Part shown: piece after piece, positions 6,876 through 14,431 of the stretch
Layout: the number at the start of each line of letters is the position of its first letter
Numbering within the stretch: position 1 is the first letter of the stretch
Assembly: GCA_038323265.1 (NCBI GenBank)
Contig: JBBQGT010000087.1
Location: forward strand, 1 to 14,539
Length of the DNA: 14,539 nucleotides
Reading direction: 5' to 3'
DNA from: Tepidiformales bacterium
GTDB lineage: Bacteria; Chloroflexota; Dehalococcoidia; Tepidiformales; Tepidiformaceae
Notes under the pieces: model-generated
The model's database searches: none
The model's input: only the letters and a program-made list of their open reading frames with translations
Told to the model about the DNA's origin: nothing
Position numbers and translations under genes: made by a program

Positions 6876-9020
6876 TTACTGGATGTTCGAGTCTCCCCCG
6901 CTGTTCGAGTTCGAACCACTTGCCGGAGCTGCACCGTTGCGGTTGCTTGAGAGCAGCTGGGCGATAAACGCCGAGAAGATGCCGCCGCCTTCTCCGTCGG
7001 CGCCGCTGGAGACCACGATGTCCGGGGTGATCTTCAGCCCGGCCGCGGAGATCGTCTTGGCCACCTCGATGCCCGTGAGGTTGCCCTGGCCCATCGCCGC
7101 CACTTGCTTCTCGTAGGCCTCAGCGGTGGCCGACCCCACGGCGAGGATCTTCTTGCCTTCGGCGTCACCGTTCAGTTCGATGGCTCGCGCCAGGCCCTCG
7201 GCCTCGATGACCGTCTTCTGGCGGTTCTGCTCCGCCACCTGCACACCAATCTGGGCGCTCACAAGGTTGATCTGCTGGTCCGCCTGGGCGCGCGTGTTTT
7301 CGGTGGCGATGCGCTCGTGCTCCGCCTTCTGCTGCTCGACAAACATCTCCTGCTGCTGCGAAGCGATCACCCGCCGCGTCTGAATCGACATCAGCTCCTG
7401 CGGCAGGACGATCTGCGAGATGAGCACCGAGACGCATTCCACGTGATAGCGCTCGAGTTCTGCCCGGGCGCGCTCTTCAGCTTTCGCCTGCTCCTCGGCG
7501 CGATCCTGCATGAAGTTCATCGCCGCCGAAGACGACGCCTGGTTACGGAACGAGGAGTCGATCATCGGGTGGATGACGTGGTCGATGAGGTTTTCGATCG
7601 AGCCGATCTTCGCCACCATCAACGGCGCCTGGTCCGGCCGCACACGGATGACGACTTTCACGCTGACGCTCATTTCGAAGCCGTCACGGCTGATCACCGA
7701 GAGCGGGTTGAAGAGCTGTACGCGCGCGACCTGGCCCGAAGGCACGGCCGGCGTTGGCACGTCGTTGATCACCCCCTCTTCGGCCCAGTCGATCGTCAGG
7801 TTCGTGGTGGGCACGATGTAGGCGATGTAGGCCCAGCGGTTGAGGTAATAGACGCCTGGCCCTGCCACCTCCGCCTGGATGCCGCGGAAGCCGGTTGGCA
7901 CCACGTAGACCTCCGAGCCGACCTTGAGCGTGTCCTCAGTCGGCGTCAGGTCTGGCTGCTTGCCCACGTTGGACACGAGCACCGCCACCTCGCCGCGCTC
8001 AACGATAATCACGTCGTCGAGCTTCGTATCGAACATCAGCGGGTTGACGTAGTAGGTGCCTGGGCGAAGCAGGTCGTACTGCGGGCCGCGCTGGCCACCG
8101 GCCGCGAGGAACGCGGAGCCATCCTGGAAATCGCTGTGACCGCTGACCGAGGCGGCGACTAGTTCACCGTCAGGAAGCGGCTCGCCGTCCTTCGCCGTGA
8201 CCAGGCCCACCCGGTTCGCCTCGACGATCGTCGCAGGCTTCACCTCGACGGCGAAGAGGTCAGAATTTATGCGGTAACGCCCCGGCAGGAGCACTTCGAT
8301 CTGCGGCCCGCGCTGGCCGCCGTTAACCAGGAACGCCTGGCCGTCCTGGAACGCGAGGTGGCCTTGAGTGGCATGCGCGAGCAAACGGCCAGGCCGGATG
8401 GGGTCGCCGTCGCGCGCGCTGACAATGCCGACCTGGCCTGCGGGCACGGTCACCGACGATTCCGTCCGCACGCGAAACAGGTAGGTATTGATGCGGTACT
8501 TGCCCGGCGGCAGGATGTCGATCTGCGGGCCTTTTTGGCCGCCGTTGATGAGGAACCGCTCGCCATCCTGAAACGTGTCGTGGGAATCAACGTGGCGCCC
8601 GAAGATGCGTCCGGGATCCAGCGCCTTGCCGTCGATCGACTCGACGAGCCCCACCTGGTCCTGCTCGATTAGGATCATCGCATCCTTGCGGACGGCATAG
8701 AGGAACGGGGGCAGGAAGTGCAGGCCAGGGGCGAGCACCCGCGCCTGTACGCCGATCTCGCCCTTCATGGCGATGACACGACCCTCCGGCAATCCCTTGC
8801 CGAGGTAGCGGCGTTCGAGGACGCCGATCTGTTGGCCGCCAATGTTCACCAACATATGGCCAGCAACGATGAGGATGAGCAGCACGGCGAGAATGACCGC
8901 CGCGACAATCAGAGCAACCAGCATGGAACTTCGTTTGCTTTCTGCGGTTTGACCCGCCCGCCTGAGCTCGGCGGGCGCCCTTGGTAGCTTTGCGCCCTTC
9001 AACCGATCGCCAAATAGCAT
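6876..9020 (-). CDS. Flotillin-like SPFH/band-7 membrane protein (YqiK-like) with internally triplicated 74-aa module
   Basis: Translation has four parts: an N-terminal TM helix (LVALIVAAVILAVLLILIVAG), a repeated FQDGxxFLxNGGQ(K/R)GPQxxxLxPGxYRIN module, an SPFH core (…VISRDGFEMSVSVKVVIRVRP…), and a long flotillin-type coiled coil rich in E/Q/A/R ending in a Gly/Ser/Asn-rich tail. This matches the architecture of E. coli YqiK and B. subtilis FloT. Alternative start ATG 8924 (M33) lies just before the TM helix. Confidence 0.85.
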   Translation of the reverse strand: MLFGDRLKGAKLPRAPAELRRAGQTAESKRSSMLVALIVAAVILAVLLILIVAGHMLVNIGGQQIGVLERRYLGKGLPEGRVIAMKGEIGVQARVLAPGLHFLPPFLYAVRKDAMILIEQDQVGLVESIDGKALDPGRIFGRHVDSHDTFQDGERFLINGGQKGPQIDILPPGKYRINTYLFRVRTESSVTVPAGQVGIVSARDGDPIRPGRLLAHATQGHLAFQDGQAFLVNGGQRGPQIEVLLPGRYRINSDLFAVEVKPATIVEANRVGLVTAKDGEPLPDGELVAASVSGHSDFQDGSAFLAAGGQRGPQYDLLRPGTYYVNPLMFDTKLDDVIIVERGEVAVLVSNVGKQPDLTPTEDTLKVGSEVYVVPTGFRGIQAEVAGPGVYYLNRWAYIAYIVPTTNLTIDWAEEGVINDVPTPAVPSGQVARVQLFNPLSVISRDGFEMSVSVKVVIRVRPDQAPLMVAKIGSIENLIDHVIHPMIDSSFRNQASSSAAMNFMQDRAEEQAKAEERARAELERYHVECVSVLISQIVLPQELMSIQTRRVIASQQQEMFVEQQKAEHERIATENTRAQADQQINLVSAQIGVQVAEQNRQKTVIEAEGLARAIELNGDAEGKKILAVGSATAEAYEKQVAAMGQGNLTGIEVAKTISAAGLKITPDIVVSSGADGEGGGIFSAFIAQLLSSNRNGAAPASGSNSNSGGDSNIQ
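7857..8600 (-). repeat. Intragenic in-frame tandem repeat, period 222 bp (74 aa), ~3.3 copies, inside the SPFH gene
   Basis: Conserved cores ctgcgg(g/c)cc...ctggcc(a/g)ccg...gaggaacg...ccatcctgga(a)a start at 8079, 8301 and 8523 on the + strand, exactly 222 bp apart. A degenerate fourth copy lies near 7857. Copies ~70% identical at DNA level. Confidence 0.8.
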
Positions 9021-9101
9021 AGCGCCGGGCCGCGCGAATTGTTAGATCGGGGGAGCGCTCCGGCAATTGGCGCCGCCCTCAGTTTAGGCCGCTCGATGCC
9101 C

Positions 9102-9344
9102 CTACCAACCAGGATCGTCGTCGCACTCTTCGATATCCGTGGCCATGCCTTCGAGGATCGATTCCCGCATTCCAGGCATCGACAACAGATGAAGCGCCTC
9201 TTGTATCGCCCGCCAGTCGTCCTCCGAAACCAATACGGCGGCGGCGCGCGGGCCACCGATCCGGACGGCATCGCCAATGGCCGAGACCTCGGCGATCAGC
9301 TGGTCCGGGTTGTGACGCGCGGTGGTGGCGGGAATGATTCGCAC
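9102..9344 (-). CDS. Phd/YefM-family type II antitoxin-like protein (solitary, no cognate toxin gene adjacent)
   Basis: From GTG 9344, M/VRIIPATTARHNPDQLIAEVSAIGDAVRIGGPRAAAVLVSEDDWRAIQEALHLLSMPGMRESILEGM aligns position-by-position with E. coli YefM ([21 protein letters not shown]…[29 protein letters not shown]). 80 aa. The longer ORF to 9572 is R-rich and overlaps the AOR gene on the same strand, so was trimmed. Confidence 0.6.
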   Translation of the reverse strand: MRIIPATTARHNPDQLIAEVSAIGDAVRIGGPRAAAVLVSEDDWRAIQEALHLLSMPGMRESILEGMATDIEECDDDPGW

Positions 9345-9438
9345 ATGAAAAGGATACGCCACTCGACAGACCGCTGCGTCGACGCGCAAGGGATGCGAAG
9401 TCCTAAATCCTCGGCCCTGATTCCTCCCTCGGTTGGCG

Positions 9439-9470
9439 CGAAGAAGAGGCGCCGGAGCGCCCCTTCTTCG
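9439..9470 (-). terminator. Stem-loop 18 nt downstream of the AOR stop: 14-bp stem (one G·U on the minus-strand RNA), 4-nt loop. Probable factor-independent terminator lacking a U-tract.
   Basis: cgaagaagaggcgc-cgga-gcgccccttcttcg read directly. Perfect pairing only on the minus-strand transcript (G·U instead of A·C), consistent with function for the minus-strand AOR mRNA. Confidence 0.45.
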
Positions 9471-9487
9471 TGCTGATCGGCTGCGGC

Positions 9488-11347
9488 TCAGGCGTGAAGC
9501 GCCATCGCCACTTCTGGCAGGCCGAGCGATTCGAGCTTGGCACGCGAGGGCTTGCTGCTGGTGGTGTCCCAATCGCAGGCATTCAGGAAGTCGAGCTCCA
9601 ACGTTTCGGTGTCGAGCTTGACGCCTTCGAGCGGGCCGGCGCTGGTGCCTTCGGTGGTCACGCCCGTGACGCGCGTTGGGACGGCGCGGTTGCGAGGGTT
9701 GCCGCCCTCGCGCACTTCGTACGCCATGCGCAGATTAGCGATGCGTTCGCCGACGACCATCATCTCGTCGAGGTCCATGTCCCAGCCGGTAACGGCATTG
9801 AACCACTCTGGCATCTTGGCGGTGTTCGCCATCATCATGATGAACTGGCACATGCCGCCGCTATTGACGACGTGCATGAATTCGCTGGAAGCCTTGTGGT
9901 GCTCGCCACGGTTGGTGTAGTCCTTGAAGTCCTTGGGCGCCGCGGGAATCTTGCCGAGCCGCTTGTTGCCTTCGTACTGCGTGTGGCGGCCAGGTGTGGG
10001 GTCCAGCTTGTAGGTGGTGTAGTACTCGGGCTGGAGCTTCGGGTCGTGCATTGGCAGCTCCTGGCCGCCGATGTGCATGGCGTACTTTTCGGCGCCGCCG
10101 CCAATCTTTTGGGCGGCGAACTGCACGCCATCGGCGAAGACCGCGGCGATCCCCTTGCGTTCGCCCATCATCTTCAGGAAGCCGATGACCGCGTCGTCGC
10201 TGCGCCAATCGAGTTCCAGGCCCTCGGTGTCTTCCTTCGTGATGACGCCGTTTTGGTAGCACTCGATGGCCATTGAAATGGACACGCCAGCGCTGATCAC
10301 GGCGAACCCGTACTCGTTGCAGAGGTGGTTCGCGTAGATCAGGGCATCCGGGTCGGCCATCAGGTTCATGGTGCCGAAGGCGCCCATCGCTTCGTACTCG
10401 GGGCGGTGGGTGTGGTGCGGGTAGGGATACTTCTCGTTCTTCGATTCGATCGATTCAGCCCCACAGGCGACCGGGCAGTGCCAGCAGCCGTAGGTCTTCT
10501 CCATCAGCGGCTTGATCACGCTCATCCCATTGATCTGGCCGGCGCCTTCCGCGAAGTCCACCACGCCGACGCCGCCCCAGTTTTTCACGGGCGAATCGCC
10601 GTTGAGCGCGCTTCCGGTGGTGATGCCCGTGGTACCGAAGGTGTGGAAGAAGTCCTTCAGGGGCTTCACGAAGTCATCGAGGTTTTCGCGAAGGATCTTG
10701 ATGGTCTCTGGCGTCTGGCTGATGATCTTGCGCTCGGCAACCGCGACGACAGCCTTGAGGTTCTTCGAACCCATGACAGCGCCAACGCCGGAGCGGGCGG
10801 CGAGGCGACCATGGTCGTTGCAGACGCCGCTGATGAGCGAAAGCGTCTCGCCAGCCTGGCCGATATTGGCGACGCTGGCGCGCTTGCCGTGGCGGCCCTT
10901 GAGCATCGTCTCGTTTTCGATGGCACCCGTGCCCCATTGGTCGGCGGCGTCCAGCAGCTGGACTTTGTCGCCCTCGATCAGGAGGTACTTCGGAGTGGTT
11001 GCCTTGCCAAAGAACATGATGCCGTCCCAGCCCGCGAGCTTGAGGACGCCGCCGAAGTCGCCGCCGCAGTTTGCATCGCCCCAGCCGCCGGTCAGCGGGC
11101 TTTTGCAGACCACCTGCCAGCGCTGGCCGAACAGCGGGGTGCCGGTGAGCAGGCCAGCGAACATGCCGAGCATGTTCTCCGGGCCGAGCGGTTCAACGCC
11201 CGCCGGCACGCGGTCCCAGAGCATTCGCGCGCCAATTCCATAGCCGCCCAGGTACTCGCGGTAAAGCGATTCGTCGGGGCGTTCGACGGTGATTTCGCCG
11301 CTCGTCAAGTCGACGGCGAGCATCTTCCCGTTGAAGCCCTTTTCCAT
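9488..11347 (-). CDS. aor: Aldehyde:ferredoxin oxidoreductase (tungsten/molybdopterin-containing AOR family)
   Basis: 620 aa from ATG 11347 (MEKGFNGKMLAVDLTSGEITVE…), matching the canonical AOR N-terminus (K-hydrophobic-x-V-[DN]-L-[ST]-x-G-[DE]-I). AOR family pattern throughout, including a Cys-rich [4Fe-4S] region …CGAESIESK… and conserved GxxGxG stretches. Raw ORF to 11833 overlaps rpsI and the terminator, so was trimmed. Alternative TTG 11377 lies 7 nt after a GAAAGAGG. Confidence 0.88.
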   Translation of the reverse strand: MEKGFNGKMLAVDLTSGEITVERPDESLYREYLGGYGIGARMLWDRVPAGVEPLGPENMLGMFAGLLTGTPLFGQRWQVVCKSPLTGGWGDANCGGDFGGVLKLAGWDGIMFFGKATTPKYLLIEGDKVQLLDAADQWGTGAIENETMLKGRHGKRASVANIGQAGETLSLISGVCNDHGRLAARSGVGAVMGSKNLKAVVAVAERKIISQTPETIKILRENLDDFVKPLKDFFHTFGTTGITTGSALNGDSPVKNWGGVGVVDFAEGAGQINGMSVIKPLMEKTYGCWHCPVACGAESIESKNEKYPYPHHTHRPEYEAMGAFGTMNLMADPDALIYANHLCNEYGFAVISAGVSISMAIECYQNGVITKEDTEGLELDWRSDDAVIGFLKMMGERKGIAAVFADGVQFAAQKIGGGAEKYAMHIGGQELPMHDPKLQPEYYTTYKLDPTPGRHTQYEGNKRLGKIPAAPKDFKDYTNRGEHHKASSEFMHVVNSGGMCQFIMMMANTAKMPEWFNAVTGWDMDLDEMMVVGERIANLRMAYEVREGGNPRNRAVPTRVTGVTTEGTSAGPLEGVKLDTETLELDFLNACDWDTTSSKPSRAKLESLGLPEVAMALHA

Positions 11348-11584
11348 TACAGCGCCGCTGGTTGCAGCAGTCGTCAAAGACACACCTCTTTCGGACGCCA
11401 TTGGAGCGTCCCATTGCATGGCCGGATGGTACGGGATCGGCTGCACGCCGCAATATGCCGGACTCAGCATATCGATATGGCCTTGACCGGCCTTCGCGCA
11501 CTGTGCCCACGGAGCACCCCCGGCAAACCCGCGTTTCGGGAGTACCAACGGGGATTGTGGTAATAACCCGGCGCCGCAAACCCA

Positions 11585-11612
11585 GAAGCCCCCGGCGAAT
11601 GCCGGGGGCTTC
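11585..11612 (-). terminator. Rho-independent-type terminator hairpin after rpsI (12-bp perfect GC-rich stem, GAAT loop)
   Basis: gaagcccccggc-gaat-gccgggggcttc, 23 bp downstream of the rpsI stop. Followed on the minus strand by UGGGUUUG. Confidence 0.65.
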
Positions 11613-11634
11613 CATGATTCTCGTTCCAAGCGCC

Positions 11635-12033
11635 TTAACGCTTGGTGAACTGAGGAGCCTTTCGAGCTCGCTTCAGTCCGGCCTTCTTGCGTTCCTTCAT
11701 GCGGCTGTCGCGGGTGAGCAGGTTCTCGCCGCGCTTCAGTACAGGCTTGAGCGACGGGTCGGAAGCGACGAGCGCCCGCGCCATGCCCATCTGGATTGCG
11801 CCGGCCCAGCCACTGATGCCGCCGCCGTTGCACTTGATCTGGGCGCTAAACTTGGCGTCCCGGCCGATGCGACGCAGGGCGGACGTCACTTCAAGGCGAT
11901 GCGTATCGCGGCTGAAGACCTCGTCCATCGGCTTGCCGTTGATGACGACGGCACCGTTGCCGGGATAGAGGCGAACGCGCGCGACGGCGTTTTTGCGCCT
12001 GCCCGTGCCATAAAAGTATTGCTGATCAGCCAT
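11635..12033 (-). CDS. rpsI: 30S ribosomal protein S9
   Basis: MADQQYFYGTGRRKNAVARVRLYPGNG…GGGISGQAGAI-like and C-terminal KKAGLKRARKAPQFTKR. GAGGAG SD 6 nt before ATG 12033. 132 aa. Confidence 0.97.
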   Translation of the reverse strand: MADQQYFYGTGRRKNAVARVRLYPGNGAVVINGKPMDEVFSRDTHRLEVTSALRRIGRDAKFSAQIKCNGGGISGWAGAIQMGMARALVASDPSLKPVLKRGENLLTRDSRMKERKKAGLKRARKAPQFTKR

Positions 12034-12036
12034 TGG

Positions 12037-13041
12037 TTACTCCTCGGTCTTCGCCGCTCGGCGACGAACTGGCTTTTTCTCTGCGGTTGCGCCATCGGCG
12101 GTTGTCTTTTTAGCCGCAGCCGCTTTGGCGGTTGCAGTCGCGGGCTTCTTCGTCGCGGCCGCTTTAGCAGGCTTTTTGGCCGTCGCGGCGGCCGTCTCGC
12201 GCGGCGGGGTGGCTGGCTTCTTTTCCACCGTCTCGGTGGGCGTGCTCTTCGCTGCGGTGATTGCCGCTTCGGCGGGAGTTGGGGTGCCGTAATCGACAGT
12301 CGTCGTCTTGCCGACGGTCACGGGCTCGGCCGGCGGCGGAGTCTCGGACGAGAGGACCACCGCATCCTGGCCGGCCATCTCGGCCTTCGTAGTGGCTGCC
12401 TTCGCATCCTTGGGCGCCTTGGCTTTTGCAACGAGCTTGGCTTTGGCCGCCGGCCTGGACTTCGCAGCGGGCTTCGCCTTGGCGACGCTGGCCGGACGAG
12501 GCGCCGGAGCAACCTTCGCCACAGGCTCCGGCAACACTTGGGGCACAGCCAGGGGCCGCAGACGAGCAGGCTTCGCGGGAGCCGGGGCGGTAACCGCCGG
12601 GCGCGCTTCTTGGGCCTTGGCACTGCCAGCAAGCTGCGACTGGTGCGGATGGTTGGCGTTCTTGTAGACCTTCAGGTGGCGGAACATCGCCTTGCCCAGC
12701 GGGCCGCCGGGGAGCATGCCCCAGATCGCCTTTTCGAGGACCCGCTCCGGGTACTGCGCCAGTTGGTCTTCGTAAGACCGCGTCTTCAGACCGCCCGGAT
12801 AACCGGAGTGCGTGTAGTACTTGATCTGGGCCGCTTTACGGCCCGTCACCCGCACCTGCGAAGCGTTGATCACGATGACGAAGTCGCCGTCATCCAGGTG
12901 GGGTTCGTACGTTGGCTTGTGCTTCCCGCGGAGGAGAATCGCCGCTTCCGTCGCGACGCGCCCGAGGGGGCGGCCGGCGGCGTCGATGACGTGCCAGTCT
13001 TTGTAGATCTGCGAAGCTTTAATTCGCACTGTCGTATTCAT
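12037..13041 (-). CDS. rplM: 50S ribosomal protein L13 with ~190-aa Ala/Lys/Pro-rich C-terminal extension
   Basis: ATG 13041 (GAGGGA SD) forming ATGA overlap with truA stop. Core MNTTVRIKASQIYKDWHVIDAAGRPLGRVATEAAILLRGKHKPTYEPHLDDGDFVIVINAS… is canonical L13 (~140 aa). The same frame then continues without a stop through AKP-rich low complexity (…AKPAAKSRPAAKAKLVAKAKAPKDAKA…KKPAKAAATKKPATATAKAAAAKK…VRRRAAKTEE) to TAA 12037-12039, 3 nt before the rpsI ATG. Confidence 0.9.
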   Translation of the reverse strand: MNTTVRIKASQIYKDWHVIDAAGRPLGRVATEAAILLRGKHKPTYEPHLDDGDFVIVINASQVRVTGRKAAQIKYYTHSGYPGGLKTRSYEDQLAQYPERVLEKAIWGMLPGGPLGKAMFRHLKVYKNANHPHQSQLAGSAKAQEARPAVTAPAPAKPARLRPLAVPQVLPEPVAKVAPAPRPASVAKAKPAAKSRPAAKAKLVAKAKAPKDAKAATTKAEMAGQDAVVLSSETPPPAEPVTVGKTTTVDYGTPTPAEAAITAAKSTPTETVEKKPATPPRETAAATAKKPAKAAATKKPATATAKAAAAKKTTADGATAEKKPVRRRAAKTEE

Positions 13042-13802
13042 AGCCCGTATCCCTCGTCGTACCACACGCGCTGGAGGCAGAGACCGTGCGCGGGCGCCGT
13101 ATAGGCGATTGCGCCGGGTTCTGCCTGCCGGAGCAGGCGGACGAATTCCTCCACGTTGTCGCTTCCACGCCCTACTCGCACAAGGCCACCAGTAATTCGG
13201 CGGACCATCTGCGGCAGAAACGCGTCTGCCTCGATATCGAACAGACTGGCCGAACCGTGGCTCGACCAATCCGCGCTGAAAACGGTGCGAACCGAAGTTC
13301 TCCCCGGCTCCAGGTGGCCAGAGCAGGACCGGAAGTCCTGCTGGCCGAGAAGCGCGCTGGCCGCCTGCTGCATCGCCGGTACATCAAGGCTGCCCTCGAT
13401 GTACCAGGCGGTACGGCGCGAAAGCGGATCGCGCGCTTCACCGTGCACCACGGTGTAACGGTACCATCTGCGACGCGCCCAGCGCCTCGGATCGAACTCC
13501 TCAGGCACTTCACGCACCGCGCGTACCGAAACATCCGGCGGCAGGTGGGCGTTGAGGGCCCGGCCTACCGTTTTCGGCTCCAACAGCGTCTCCGCCGTCA
13601 CAGCCATTACCTGGCCAATGGCGTGGACGCCGGAATCCGTGCGTCCTGCCAGTGCAACGCGGCTGGGCGCTCCAAAGAGCGTCTTCGCCGCGGTTTCCAG
13701 TTCCTCTTGAACGGTCCGGCCGTTTGGTTGCACCTGCGAACCAACGAACTCCGTGCCGTCATAACTCACCGTTGCCGCGAAGCGTTTCGCGGGCGCCGGC
13801 AC
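13038..13802 (-). CDS. truA: tRNA pseudouridine(38-40) synthase TruA
   Basis: GTG 13802 overlapping rplQ TAG by 1 nt. …FAATVSYDGTEFVGSQVQ… then catalytic RTDSGVHA motif. 254 aa. Confidence 0.92.
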   Translation of the reverse strand: MPAPAKRFAATVSYDGTEFVGSQVQPNGRTVQEELETAAKTLFGAPSRVALAGRTDSGVHAIGQVMAVTAETLLEPKTVGRALNAHLPPDVSVRAVREVPEEFDPRRWARRRWYRYTVVHGEARDPLSRRTAWYIEGSLDVPAMQQAASALLGQQDFRSCSGHLEPGRTSVRTVFSADWSSHGSASLFDIEADAFLPQMVRRITGGLVRVGRGSDNVEEFVRLLRQAEPGAIAYTAPAHGLCLQRVWYDEGYGL

Positions 13803-14428
13803 TAGGTTCCCGATTCGCCTTCACCCTTGTGGGGATCGGCCGCGTTCACCGCCTCGGCATCCGCCGCCTGTGCTGCTTCAGCTTCGGCGGCGCTGATATC
13901 TGCCTCAACCGACGCTTCGGCTGCTTCTTCATGCATCTCTTCGACGATCGGGGACTCTTCTGTCTCCGCCGTCTGCGGTTCGGCAACAGGAGCGACTGCG
14001 ATGGCCGAAGCGGGAGCGATGGCAGATGGGGCCGCCGTGACGCGCGCTGGGCGCGGCGTCGGCGGATGGTTCACGTAAGTCACCAGCTCAATCGCTGACA
14101 TCTTGGCGCCGTCGCCCTTGCGGGGTTCGAGTGCCGTAATCCGCAGGTAGCCCCCGGGACGGTCGGCCATTTTGGGACCGATGTCATCGAAGACCTTCTT
14201 CACTACCCGTGGGTCGTAAAGGAATTTCTGAGCCTGGCGACGCGAATGAAGGTCACCGCGACGTCCGAGCGTGATGATCTTCTCCGCCATTGGGCGAATT
14301 TCCTTGGCCTTGGCCTCGGTGGTGGTGATGCGCTCATAGCGCAGTAGGTCCGTCACCAGGTTGCGATAGAGGGCCAAACGGTGGCTGGTTTCGCGGCCAA
14401 GATGGCGGCCGCCCAGGCGGTGTCGCAT
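13802..14428 (-). CDS. rplQ: 50S ribosomal protein L17 with ~90-aa acidic Ala/Glu-rich C-terminal tail
   Basis: ATG 14428 with [73 protein letters not shown]… is canonical L17. Tail …[45 protein letters not shown]… resembles actinobacterial L17 extensions. Confidence 0.93.
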   Translation of the reverse strand: MRHRLGGRHLGRETSHRLALYRNLVTDLLRYERITTTEAKAKEIRPMAEKIITLGRRGDLHSRRQAQKFLYDPRVVKKVFDDIGPKMADRPGGYLRITALEPRKGDGAKMSAIELVTYVNHPPTPRPARVTAAPSAIAPASAIAVAPVAEPQTAETEESPIVEEMHEEAAEASVEADISAAEAEAAQAADAEAVNAADPHKGEGESGT

Positions 14429-14431
14429 TGC

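Noticed and set aside
6900-6930. tRNA-like GTTCGAGTTCGAACC motif
   Set aside because: Lies inside the SPFH coding region, where it encodes the Gly/Ser/Asn tail (GSNSNS). No cloverleaf or acceptor stem can be built.
7104-8162. 352-aa ORF on + strand
   Set aside because: Antisense to the SPFH gene. The periodicity it shows is just the mirror of the real 222-bp repeat.
9345-9572. N-terminal extension of the antitoxin ORF (to 9572) and a strong SD-like GAGGGAGGAA at 9430-9421 (minus strand)
   Set aside because: The extension is Arg-rich and overlaps the AOR coding 3' end on the same strand. No ATG/GTG/TTG lies 4-12 nt downstream of the SD-like purine run in any frame, and the nearest in-frame TTG is 32 nt away. 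It is probably a chance polypurine tract in the intergenic region.
9470-11563. ORFs 9470..10276 (+), 10325..11563 (+), 10512..11243 (+)
   Set aside because: Antisense to the AOR gene, which has unambiguous family similarity along its whole length.
12318-12632. Alternative minus-strand frame (R/P-rich 104 aa) and + strand 119-aa ORF within the L13 tail region
   Set aside because: The AKP-rich frame is contiguous with the L13 core and ends precisely at the rpsI junction. The other frames are by-products of the GC-rich low-complexity DNA.
11362-13104. 580-aa ORF on + strand
   Set aside because: Antisense to rpsI and rplM, spanning the terminator hairpin. Gly/Arg-rich translation.
13086-14098. 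ORFs 13086..13805 (+), 13652..14098 (+), 13827..14078 (+)
   Set aside because: Antisense to truA and rplQ. No features.
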